DNA of 64,000 nucleotides, taken from contig LJTT01000007.1 of assembly GCA_001303585.1 (NCBI GenBank), forward strand, positions 74,031 through 138,030, written 5' to 3'. The stretch's first letter is position 1, and each line of letters begins with the position of its first letter. The position numbers and the translations under genes were made by a program. The notes under the pieces are model-generated. The model worked only from the letters and a program-made list of their open reading frames with translations, was not told the origin of the DNA and ran no database searches. Positions 8,751 through 17,135 of the stretch are shown here, in pieces. The DNA comes from Betaproteobacteria bacterium SG8_41 (GTDB taxonomy: Bacteria; Pseudomonadota; Gammaproteobacteria; Burkholderiales; SG8-41).

Positions 8751-8828
8751 CGGGGCATTCTGCTCCCGGCGCGCGCGACGCGCAACCCAAAACGACTCCA
8801 AATACTTGATTCGCTATGAGTGTTTTCC

Positions 8829-8857
8829 TTGCCCGCCCTTCGCGTCTTTGCCATAAT
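8829..8857 (+). promoter_or_regulatory. Candidate sigma70 promoter for moaA
   Basis: TTGCCC, a 17-nt spacer, then CATAAT. It ends 39 nt before the moaA ATG. Confidence 0.3.
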
Positions 8858-8895
8858 CGGACGCTCCATGAAACGCGGCATTACAGCCCGGACCC

Positions 8896-9927
8896 ATGAT
8901 TAATCCATTGGGCGACAGCGGCGCGGCGCCACGCGACCGGATGGGCCGCCACGTGCGAGACCTGCGCGTCTCGGTAACCGACCGGTGCAACTTCCGCTGC
9001 GTCTACTGCATGCCGAAGGAGGTTTTCGGCAAGGACTACCAGTTTCTGGAGCGCAAGGAGATCCTCAGCTTCGAGGAGATCGCGCGCATGGCGCGTATCT
9101 TTCGGGGGTTGGGAGTCAATAAGATCCGTCTGACCGGCGGAGAACCGCTCGTGCGGCGCAACATCGAGCGGCTTATCGGGATGCTCGCGGCCATCCCGGG
9201 ACTCGATCTCACACTGACGACTAACGGTTCCCTCCTCCGCCAGAAGGCGCAGGCACTCAAGAGTGCCGGGCTGAATCGGGTAACCGTCAGCCTCGATTCA
9301 CTCGACGACACCGTATTCCGCCGGATGAACGATGTGGACTTTCCGGTCACCCGCGTGCTCGAGGGCATCGACGCCGCCGCGGCCGCCGGCCTCGCACCGG
9401 TCAAGGTCAACATGGTGGTGAAGCGCGGAGAGAACGAGAACGGCATTGTGGCGATGGCACGCCGTTTCCGCGGCACCGGCCATATTTTGCGGTTCATCGA
9501 GTACATGGACGTCGGCCATACCAACGGCTGGCGCATGGATGACGTCATCACTGCGCGCGAGATCCTTGGCATGATCGACGCGGAGATGCCGCTCGAGCCT
9601 ATCGATCCGAATTACCCCGGAGAGGTGGCAGAGCGCTGGCGCTATCGGGACGGCAGCGGCGAGATCGGTCTCATCGCTTCGGTCACCCAGGCGTTCTGCC
9701 GGGACTGTACCCGCATACGCCTCTCGACCGACGGCAAACTCTACACCTGCCTGTTTGCGACTACTGGCCATGATGTGCGCGACCTCTTGCGCGGCGGCGC
9801 CTCCGACGGCGATATCACTTCCTCGATCTCGGAGATCTGGACCCGGCGCGGGGACCGGTACTCGGAAATCCGGACTGCAAACACCGGAAGCGTCAAGAAG
9901 ATCGAGATGTCCTACATTGGCGGCTGA
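8896..9927 (+). CDS. moaA: GTP 3',8-cyclase (molybdenum cofactor biosynthesis protein A)
   Basis: Radical-SAM motif [14 protein letters not shown], then GGEPLVRR, and a C-terminal [20 protein letters not shown] cluster. Confidence 0.95.
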   Translation: MINPLGDSGAAPRDRMGRHVRDLRVSVTDRCNFRCVYCMPKEVFGKDYQFLERKEILSFEEIARMARIFRGLGVNKIRLTGGEPLVRRNIERLIGMLAAIPGLDLTLTTNGSLLRQKAQALKSAGLNRVTVSLDSLDDTVFRRMNDVDFPVTRVLEGIDAAAAAGLAPVKVNMVVKRGENENGIVAMARRFRGTGHILRFIEYMDVGHTNGWRMDDVITAREILGMIDAEMPLEPIDPNYPGEVAERWRYRDGSGEIGLIASVTQAFCRDCTRIRLSTDGKLYTCLFATTGHDVRDLLRGGASDGDITSSISEIWTRRGDRYSEIRTANTGSVKKIEMSYIGG

Positions 9928-9940
9928 CGCCGCCGATCAC

Positions 9941-10019
9941 TGATGAGTGTTGAATGATGAGTTTTGAATTGAAACGACCCGCTTCAACCCTGCGTTCGTT
10001 CGTCATTCATCAATCATAA
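9941..10019. repeat. Heptad-periodic intergenic element with two arms of opposite polarity
   Basis: Left arm: TGATGAG TGTTGAA TGATGAG TTTTGAA TTGAAAC. Right arm: GCGTTCG TTCGTCA TTCATCA ATCATAA. It fills the moaA-fdhD spacer. Confidence 0.7.
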
Positions 10020-10032
10020 CTCCGCATTCCGA

Positions 10033-10869
10033 ATGGGCAAGACCTATCGCCCAAAATTGACGAACGCCGGGCGCCCGTTGACCTTCGAGGTCGAAGCGGT
10101 CAATGAGCGCGGCGAGCGTTTGGCGACGCCGATCGCGGGAGAACACCCGCTTACGCTTTATCTGGACAAACGCGAGATCGTCACCCTGATGACGCTCGGG
10201 CAGGCACCCGAGGCGCTCACCATCGGCTATCTCCGCAATCAACGCCTGGTCGGCTCGATCGATGAAATCGCCGCCGTGCAGGTCGACTGGGAAACCGATT
10301 CGGTCGCCGTCACCACGCGCAAAGGCGTCAAGGGGCTCCGCGAACGCCTCAGCAAACGCACTGTGACGACCGGCTGCGGACAGGGCACGATGTTCGGCGA
10401 CCTCATGGATGAGATCGATTCGATCAGGCTTCGCGACGACGTGCGCCTGAAGGAAGAGACACTCCACGCGTTGCTCGACGCGGTACGGCGCCACGAGACG
10501 ATCTACAAGAGCGCCGGTGCGGTGCATGGCTGCGCGCTGGCCGCAGGCGGCGAAATCCTGTATTTCGTCGAAGACGTCGGGCGGCACAACGCCGTCGATG
10601 CCATTGCGGGCCTGATGTGGCTGGACCGCGTCGATGGGTGCGACAAGATCTTCTACACCACCGGTCGACTCACCTCGGAAATGGTGATCAAAGCGGCACA
10701 GATGCAGATTCCGTTCCTCGTCTCGCGCTCGGGGCTCACCGAAATGGGACACAAAATCGCCTCCAGGGTCGGCATCACCATGCTCGGGCGCGCCGTGGGG
10801 AAGCACTATTTGCTCTTCACCGGCAACCACCGCTTCGTCAAGCAAATCGGGCCAACCATGCTGGCATGA
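10033..10869 (+). CDS. fdhD: Formate dehydrogenase accessory sulfurtransferase FdhD
   Basis: 278 aa with TTGCGQGTMFG and GRHNAVDAIAG motifs typical of FdhD. Confidence 0.9.
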   Translation: MGKTYRPKLTNAGRPLTFEVEAVNERGERLATPIAGEHPLTLYLDKREIVTLMTLGQAPEALTIGYLRNQRLVGSIDEIAAVQVDWETDSVAVTTRKGVKGLRERLSKRTVTTGCGQGTMFGDLMDEIDSIRLRDDVRLKEETLHALLDAVRRHETIYKSAGAVHGCALAAGGEILYFVEDVGRHNAVDAIAGLMWLDRVDGCDKIFYTTGRLTSEMVIKAAQMQIPFLVSRSGLTEMGHKIASRVGITMLGRAVGKHYLLFTGNHRFVKQIGPTMLA

Positions 10870-10883
10870 TTTGCCGCTCAAAA

Positions 10884-11002
10884 TTTAGAGTTCCAGGTTC
10901 ACCGTTGAGCACTCATGAAGCAGTCAATCCCTCGACCCGGATTTCGGCGCGCAGACCGTAGAACCTTGAACGCGGAACGCGGAACGCGGAACCTTGAACG
11001 CC
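10884..11002. repeat. Heptad-periodic element in the fdhD-mobA spacer
   Basis: Left arm has GTT in a 7-nt register at 10890, 10897 and 10904. Right arm from 10961: GAACCTT GAACGCG GAACGCG GAACGCG GAACCTT GAACGCC. Confidence 0.7.
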
Positions 11003-11592
11003 CGCCCGCCAAAATCACAGGGGTGATTTTGGCGGGCGGGCGGGGCCAGCGCATGGGCGGCGTGGACAAGGGCCTCAAGCTGCTGCGCGGCAGACCGATG
11101 ATTGCGTGGGTCATCGAGCGCTTCGCCCCGCAGGTGGACGAGCTGCTCGTCAACGCCAACCAGAACCTCGACCAATACGCACAACTCGGTTATCGAGTCA
11201 TTCCTGACGCGCTCGAGGGCTTTGCGGGCCCGCTTGCCGGGCTGCAGAGCGCCCTGGCAGAGGCACGCCACGGCCTCGTCGCCACAGCGCCGTGCGACTC
11301 GCCCTACCTGCCGCTCGATCTGATCGAGCGGCTTCACGGCGCGATGCAGCGCGGTGAAGCCGACCTTGCGGTCGCAAAGACGGGCGCCCAGGCGCACCCG
11401 ATTTTTTGCCTTTGCCGCAAGAGCGTCTCGTCCAGCCTGACGGAATTCCTGGCGGGCGGAGGCCGCAAGATCGACGCGTGGTACGCGCGGCTCAAGGTCG
11501 CCGAGGTCGCTTTCGACGACAACCCGGCGGCGTTCAGCAATATCAACACCGAGGCGGATCTCGCCGCGCTCGAGAGCCACCCGCCGGCGTGA
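10915..11592 (+). CDS. mobA: Molybdenum cofactor guanylyltransferase MobA (start uncertain)
   Basis: ITGVILAGGRGQRMGGVDKGL is the MobA N-terminal signature. ATG 10915 would translate the heptad tract. Alternative in-frame starts are TTG 10966 and GTG 11023. Confidence 0.85.
   Translation: MKQSIPRPGFRRADRRTLNAERGTRNLERPPAKITGVILAGGRGQRMGGVDKGLKLLRGRPMIAWVIERFAPQVDELLVNANQNLDQYAQLGYRVIPDALEGFAGPLAGLQSALAEARHGLVATAPCDSPYLPLDLIERLHGAMQRGEADLAVAKTGAQAHPIFCLCRKSVSSSLTEFLAGGGRKIDAWYARLKVAEVAFDDNPAAFSNINTEADLAALESHPPA
11001..11040 (+). promoter_or_regulatory. 18-bp perfect hairpin over the mobA 5' end
   Basis: CCCGCCCGCCAAAATCAC (11001-11018), loop AGGG, then GTGATTTTGGCGGGCGGG (11023-11040). The right arm encodes the conserved VILAGG of MobA. 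Confidence 0.7.
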
Positions 11593-11610
11593 CGCCGCGC
11601 GCGCCCGCTC

Positions 11611-12621
11611 TCAGCCGAGCATCCGCTGCGCTTCGGTCGCGGCGCCCAGGAGCCCGACCCGCGGGTTCATGATGATGCTAACCGGAATGGTCGAGAGAAG
11701 GTCGGCGAAGCGGCCCTTGCCGGTGAATGCCCGCGTGAAGGTCCCGTCCTTGAGCTTCGTCGCCAGTTTTGGCGCAATCCCGCCTGCCAGATAGACCCCG
11801 CCCCGGGCGAGTGTCGCAAGCGCCATATTGCCGGCGAAGGCCCCGTAGGCGCTCGCAAACACATCCAGAGCACGCACCGCGAGCGGATCGCGTTTCGCGA
11901 GGCCGAACTCGCCGATGACTCCGGCCGTGTCGGCATTGTTGCGCGCGGCTTCCTGCAGCTGCTTCGAGGGAATGCCTGCGCCGGATTCCTGCAGAAAGCT
12001 GAATATACGCATCAGCCCCGGGCCAGACACCACACGCTCGTACGATACCCGTCCGAACGTGCGGCGCAGATATACGAGCAACCGGTCCTGCAATTCGTCC
12101 AAGGGCGCGAAATCGATGTGGCCGGCTTCCGAGGCATGCGCCACGTAGCCCTCGCCGTGAGCGGTCAGGAAACCCGTGCCAAGACCGGTTCCGGCCCCGA
12201 TGACGAGCCTCGTGCCTCGGGCAACCGGATAGCCCTCTTGCAGCGTCTCGAGTTCCGTGGGCGCAAGTCGCGGAATCCCCATTCCGGCCGCCGCAAAGTC
12301 GTTGAGCAGCCTGACCTCGGGCACCCCGAGCTCCGCTGCCAGCGCATCGCCCCTCACCTTCCAGCCCAGGTTGGTCAGCGTCACGCTGTTCATCGCAACC
12401 GGCCCCGCGACAGAAAGGCACGCCGCGAGCACGCCGTTGCGGTGCGGTGCCACATCCGGCCGGGCCAGAAAATCCTCGATGATGGTCTTCAGGCTCTCGA
12501 AACGCTGACTCTCGTAGACGGCCTCGGTAGCGACACCGGGCCAGGGCTTGCCCTCCAGCGCAAGAGCAACCGTCGTGCGCGTGCCGCCAACGTCGGCGGC
12601 CAGAATATAGCGCCCGCTCAT
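11611..12621 (-). CDS. glk: Glucokinase
   Basis: ILAADVGGTRTTVAL ATP-binding start; 336 aa; overall resembles the bacterial Glk family. Confidence 0.85.
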   Translation of the reverse strand: MSGRYILAADVGGTRTTVALALEGKPWPGVATEAVYESQRFESLKTIIEDFLARPDVAPHRNGVLAACLSVAGPVAMNSVTLTNLGWKVRGDALAAELGVPEVRLLNDFAAAGMGIPRLAPTELETLQEGYPVARGTRLVIGAGTGLGTGFLTAHGEGYVAHASEAGHIDFAPLDELQDRLLVYLRRTFGRVSYERVVSGPGLMRIFSFLQESGAGIPSKQLQEAARNNADTAGVIGEFGLAKRDPLAVRALDVFASAYGAFAGNMALATLARGGVYLAGGIAPKLATKLKDGTFTRAFTGKGRFADLLSTIPVSIIMNPRVGLLGAATEAQRMLG

Positions 12622-12632
12622 GCAGCCAACCG

Positions 12633-15038
12633 TTACGCTGAAAGAACGGCCCGTTCGTGGCCGGACTCGGCGCCGAGCGCCTCCGGCTCGGAGATGAAGT
12701 AGCCCTGCGCGTAGTCGACACCCATTTCCTTCAAACGCGAGAGCGTTGCCGCGTCCTCCACGGACTCGGCAACGGTCTGCATCCCGAGGATATGGCCAAT
12801 ACGGTTCACCGAATCCACGATCGCATGGTCCATCGGATCGGTTTCCATGTCCTTGATGAACATGCCTGCAATCTTCAGGTAGTCCACAGGCAAATACTTC
12901 AGATAGGCGAACGATGACATGCCAGTGCCAAAATCATCCAGCGCGAAACGGCAGCCCATGCCCTTGAGCTCATGCATCAGCTCGGCCGCCTTGGTGAGGT
13001 TCGAGATGGCTGTCGTCTCGGTGATCTCGAAGCACAGCAGCCCGTGCGGCAGCTCGTAGCGCGTCAGCAGGTTCCGGAGAAAGTCCGGGAAGCTCTTGTC
13101 GTTGATGCTCGCGCCTGAAATGTTTACAGAGTAGAAGCCCCGCTCTCCATGCGCGTCGGTTTCGCGCGGGATGCCTCCGCTCAGCCATTGCCGGTGAAGA
13201 TACTCGACCAGCGTGCTCACGACCCAGCGCTCGATCGAAGTGAGCAGGTTATAGCGCTCGGCCGCCGGCATGAATCCGGTCGGCGGAATGAGATTGCCCG
13301 CGCGGTCCAGCATCCGCACCAGCACTTCGTGATGCGGCGGCATCCCGCGCGCCGGATTCACGGGCATGATGAACTGGCGGTAGAGCCGGAACTGGCCCAG
13401 CTCGAACGCACGGTTGATCTGGGACACTACCTGGAGATCGCTGTGTCGACCGGTGTAGTCGCGGTCCTGCGGACGGTAGACCTGCACGCGATCACGGCCC
13501 CGGTTCTTCGCTTCGTAGCAGCACACGTCAGCAAGCGTGAGCACGTTGTTTGCATCCCGGCTCTCCGCATTGAGCGGGACGAGTCCGATGCTCACCCCCA
13601 CGCTGAAGGTCTTGTCCTGCCAGACGAAGCGGAACTCGCGGATGGTTTCACGCAGGGCATTGGCAACGCGCACCGCCTGTTCGGTCAGGCATGATTCCAG
13701 CAGCGCCCCGAACTCGTCGCCACCGAGACGCGCGAGCGTATCGCTGCCGCGCATCTTGGTCTGCATCAATGACGTCAGCTGCCGCAGCAGCTCGTCGCCG
13801 GCGGCATGCCCGCAGGTATCGTTCACCGCCTTGAAATTGTCCAGGTCGAGGTAGAGCAGCGCATGCTCCTTGCCCTGGGTCTTCGCCGTGTCGATGAGCT
13901 CCGAGAGACGCCGCTCGAATTCGCGCCGGTTGACCAGACCCGTGAGCGCGTCATGGCTCGCCTGCCAGATCAGCTGCTGCGCCATTGCGCGGACCTGGCT
14001 CACGTCGTGGAAGACCACGATCATTCCGTGCACGGTGCCGTCGCGCCCCCGTATCGGCGCGTGCGAGTAGCGGATCGGGCATTCGCGCCCCTTGCGGTCG
14101 ACGAGGCGCACCGAAACGGGCTCGTCCTCGGCCGCCGCATCCGCGCCGCCGGCGAGCGGATCGATCCCGTTTCCGCTCCGCTCGTCGATGACGCGGTAGA
14201 CCTCGGCGAGCGGCTTCCCGTGCGCGTCCTGGGTGCTCCACCCCAGATAGCGCTCGGCCACCGGGTTGAGGTAGTCCACGCGCCCCGAAGCGTCGGTGGT
14301 GATCACACCATCGACGATCGAGTGGAGCGTGACCTCGGCCAGCTCCTTCTCGTGTTCGAGGTTTGCCTCGGTGGCCGCGACCACCCGGATCACCAGCAGG
14401 GCGATCACCGCGCCCGCCAGCAGCGCGAACAGGCCACCGGCGCCGATCAGCAAAAAGCCGTTACGCATGCCCTGGTTCGCGACGGCGACGGCCTGCGCCG
14501 TGGCGCTGTGGTTGGCTTCGAGCAGCCGGTAAAGAGTTTCCTGCAGGCGGCCGTCCGTCAGCACGGCCTGCGTAAGATTGAGTTCGGAGGCAGGCGCGAC
14601 CTGCCCTTTGAGCAGGAGCTGGACAATTTCCTCTCCCACGCCCCGGGCAAGCGCTGCGGCCCTGATCGCATCGTCGCGTGCCGCACGGCTCGCGGCGGAG
14701 ACCGGCAGCTCGCGCAGACTCGTGACCGCACGGTTGTAGATTTCAATCGTCCGGCGATACCGGGCATGGACGTCCGCGCGTTCTTCCGGGGTCGCAGCCG
14801 CAAAAATCCGGTCGATGATCGAGACGCGCTGCCCGTTGCTCAGGAATAGCTCGGATACCGTGCCGATATTGCGGCTCTGCGAATCCGTTACCTCGTTCAG
14901 CCGGCTGTTGAACGACTCGATTCGCGTCATTCCCAGCGCCATAAGCGCCGTCAGCACCAGCAGCAACAATCCGAAACTGAACACCAGCAGGTACTGCGAT
15001 CGGGGCTTCGGCGGATTCATGGGTCGGTTGAGGGCCAT
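12633..15038 (-). CDS. Membrane sensor with periplasmic helical domain, PAS, GGDEF and EAL domains (c-di-GMP turnover)
   Basis: Two TM segments flank a ~170-aa helical sensor region. PAS (HSIVDGVITTD), RLGGDEFGAL (GGDEF), then an EAL-type domain (EVLVRM, CFEITE, DDFGTG). Confidence 0.9.
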   Translation of the reverse strand: MALNRPMNPPKPRSQYLLVFSFGLLLLVLTALMALGMTRIESFNSRLNEVTDSQSRNIGTVSELFLSNGQRVSIIDRIFAAATPEERADVHARYRRTIEIYNRAVTSLRELPVSAASRAARDDAIRAAALARGVGEEIVQLLLKGQVAPASELNLTQAVLTDGRLQETLYRLLEANHSATAQAVAVANQGMRNGFLLIGAGGLFALLAGAVIALLVIRVVAATEANLEHEKELAEVTLHSIVDGVITTDASGRVDYLNPVAERYLGWSTQDAHGKPLAEVYRVIDERSGNGIDPLAGGADAAAEDEPVSVRLVDRKGRECPIRYSHAPIRGRDGTVHGMIVVFHDVSQVRAMAQQLIWQASHDALTGLVNRREFERRLSELIDTAKTQGKEHALLYLDLDNFKAVNDTCGHAAGDELLRQLTSLMQTKMRGSDTLARLGGDEFGALLESCLTEQAVRVANALRETIREFRFVWQDKTFSVGVSIGLVPLNAESRDANNVLTLADVCCYEAKNRGRDRVQVYRPQDRDYTGRHSDLQVVSQINRAFELGQFRLYRQFIMPVNPARGMPPHHEVLVRMLDRAGNLIPPTGFMPAAERYNLLTSIERWVVSTLVEYLHRQWLSGGIPRETDAHGERGFYSVNISGASINDKSFPDFLRNLLTRYELPHGLLCFEITETTAISNLTKAAELMHELKGMGCRFALDDFGTGMSSFAYLKYLPVDYLKIAGMFIKDMETDPMDHAIVDSVNRIGHILGMQTVAESVEDAATLSRLKEMGVDYAQGYFISEPEALGAESGHERAVLSA

Positions 15039-15043
15039 CTTTT

Positions 15044-15817
15044 TTAAGACATTGTCATCCGCGACAGGCGCAGCGCCGGATCCTGTCGGTAGAAGGCAGC
15101 CAGCTCGCCGTAGACCGCAGGATACTCGCTCCGCACCGCGTCCGGCGTCTCGAAAAATGCTTCGCTCAGCACCGCGAAAAATTCCGCCGGGTTTTCCGCG
15201 GCATAGGGGTCAATTGCGGTCTCCTCGCGCCGCTCGACCCGCGCGCAAAATTCCTCGTAAGCGGCACCGAAGGTGGCGGACCAGCGCGCCCGGTCCATGT
15301 CGGCGTGCAACGGCGGGAAGCCGTTGGCATCCCCGTTCAGCATGTCGAGCTTGTGCGCAAACTCGTGGATTACGACGTTATAGCCGTCGCCGCCCCGCTC
15401 GGCATCCGCCCAGGAGAGAATCACCGGCCCCGCCAGCCATGATTCACCAGATAAGGCCCCCCTGACCTGATGAGCGATGCCGTCGTCATCAACGAACTCG
15501 TAGTCGACAAGAAACTCGTCGGGATAAACGATCACCTCCACCCACCCCCGAAAAAAATCAAGATCGAGGTTGAGCACGAGCATACAGGCCTGCGCAGCAA
15601 CGCACATGCGTATTTCGTCACGCACGTCGAGCCCTCCCGCGCCGGCAATCGATTTCTCGTTCAGAAACAGAACGGCGCGCTCGCGCAGCCGGGCGGACTC
15701 TGCGCTCGAGAGCGCTCTCGTAAACGGATAGCGCGCGAGGACCGAGCGCCACAACCCCTCGTCGAGCTTGGCACGGCTGAGAACCCGTTTGCGGCGCCAG
15801 TTTCGCAACCAATCCAT
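15044..15817 (-). CDS. mtfA: MtfA-type zinc metallopeptidase (M90)
   Basis: HEFAHKLD zinc motif, ~257 aa, overall MtfA-like sequence. Confidence 0.8.
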   Translation of the reverse strand: MDWLRNWRRKRVLSRAKLDEGLWRSVLARYPFTRALSSAESARLRERAVLFLNEKSIAGAGGLDVRDEIRMCVAAQACMLVLNLDLDFFRGWVEVIVYPDEFLVDYEFVDDDGIAHQVRGALSGESWLAGPVILSWADAERGGDGYNVVIHEFAHKLDMLNGDANGFPPLHADMDRARWSATFGAAYEEFCARVERREETAIDPYAAENPAEFFAVLSEAFFETPDAVRSEYPAVYGELAAFYRQDPALRLSRMTMS

Positions 15818-15835
15818 TGTTGTTGGCCCAAAAAC

Positions 15836-17116
15836 TCACTTGCTACCCTTGTTTTCCTCCCGCAGCTCAACCACCTTGGGGGACATGGACTCCAACTCGT
15901 CAACCTCGGCCGACTCGATGCGCAGGAACTGCTGCGTGATCTTGCCGCCCGTGACCTGTATCTTCTCGACATCTTCGTGAGCCTGCCGGATGTGACGCGC
16001 GAGGTCCTTTAGCCGGTCGTCGAAGCGATTGAACTCGACCGCGAGCCGTGCGAGGGCCTCCCGAATGACGTGAATCTGCTTGCGTGTCTCGACGTCCTTG
16101 AGGACGGCGCGCGCCGTATTGAGAACCGCCATGAGCGTGGTCGGGGACACGATCCACACCCGCTTGCCGTTGGCATAATCGACGACCTCCGCGTGGTAGG
16201 CATGGATTTCCGCAAACACCGCCTCGGCCGGAACGAACATGACTGCGCCGTCCGAAGTCTCGTTGGCGAGGATGTACTTGCTCGAAATGTCATCGACGTG
16301 CTTTCTAACGTCGGCACGGAACTGGCGCTGCGCCAGGGCGCGGTCGACATCATTCGTGTCCGGCGCGAGCATACGGTGATAGTTCTCGAGCGGGAACTTC
16401 GAATCAACGCACACAAGCCCCGTTGGGTCCGGCAGCTTCAACACGCAGTCAGCGCGCATGCCGTTCGACAGCGTGTACTGCATCTCGAATGCTGCCGGCG
16501 GCAGCACATTGCGGACCAGCGCTTCCAGCTGAACCTCGCCAAAGGCGCCGCGGGAGCGCTTGTCCCCGAGCAACTCCTGGAGGCTGACGACGCTGCCCGT
16601 CAGGGTCTCTATCTTCTTCTGCGCCTCGTCGATGGTCGCAAGCCGCGCCATGACGCTCACGAAAGTCTCGTTGGTTTTGCGGAATCCCTCGTCGAGGCGC
16701 TCGTTAACCTTGCCCGAGATCTGCTCCAGCCGCTCGTCGATCTTACCGGTAAGCGCTTGCGTGGTGTCGGCAAGCCGCCCCAGCATCGCTTCGCGGCTCT
16801 CCGACAGGCTCCGTGACAGGGCAAGCTGCAGGGCGTGGACGGACTCGCGGGTCTGGGTCAGCTCTTCGGCAACACGCGCACGCAGCCGCTCAGAGCTTTC
16901 GCCCAGCACCGAGCCCACGCGGTCGGACTGTTTGGCGAGGCCCTCGTGCAGGTCGCGAAGCATCGCCCGGTGCTTCTCCTCGAGGATCTCACCCTGCTGC
17001 GCGGACTGCGCGCGCTCGAGCCCCGTGAGCTTGAGGTAGAGCGCCACGACCAGCCCCAGCAGAGCCAGGAGGCCAAGCGCGATCAGGATGTCGAGCGCCG
17101 TTCCCAAGTTGCCCAA
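15836..17116 (-). CDS. rmuC: DNA recombination protein RmuC
   Basis: N-terminal TM helix, a long coiled-coil, and a C-terminal RmuC nuclease-like region (VMFVPAEAVF...WIVSPTTLMA). Confidence 0.85.
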   Translation of the reverse strand: MGNLGTALDILIALGLLALLGLVVALYLKLTGLERAQSAQQGEILEEKHRAMLRDLHEGLAKQSDRVGSVLGESSERLRARVAEELTQTRESVHALQLALSRSLSESREAMLGRLADTTQALTGKIDERLEQISGKVNERLDEGFRKTNETFVSVMARLATIDEAQKKIETLTGSVVSLQELLGDKRSRGAFGEVQLEALVRNVLPPAAFEMQYTLSNGMRADCVLKLPDPTGLVCVDSKFPLENYHRMLAPDTNDVDRALAQRQFRADVRKHVDDISSKYILANETSDGAVMFVPAEAVFAEIHAYHAEVVDYANGKRVWIVSPTTLMAVLNTARAVLKDVETRKQIHVIREALARLAVEFNRFDDRLKDLARHIRQAHEDVEKIQVTGGKITQQFLRIESAEVDELESMSPKVVELREENKGSK

Positions 17117-17135
17117 GTATACCTGCTTGGGCGCG

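Noticed and set aside
8751-8895. Molybdenum-cofactor (Moco) riboswitch upstream of moaA.
   Set aside because: The leader is at most 95-145 nt, and I could not recognise the conserved Moco-motif helices or sequence blocks by eye. A covariance-model search (Rfam Moco_RNA_motif) would be needed to settle it.
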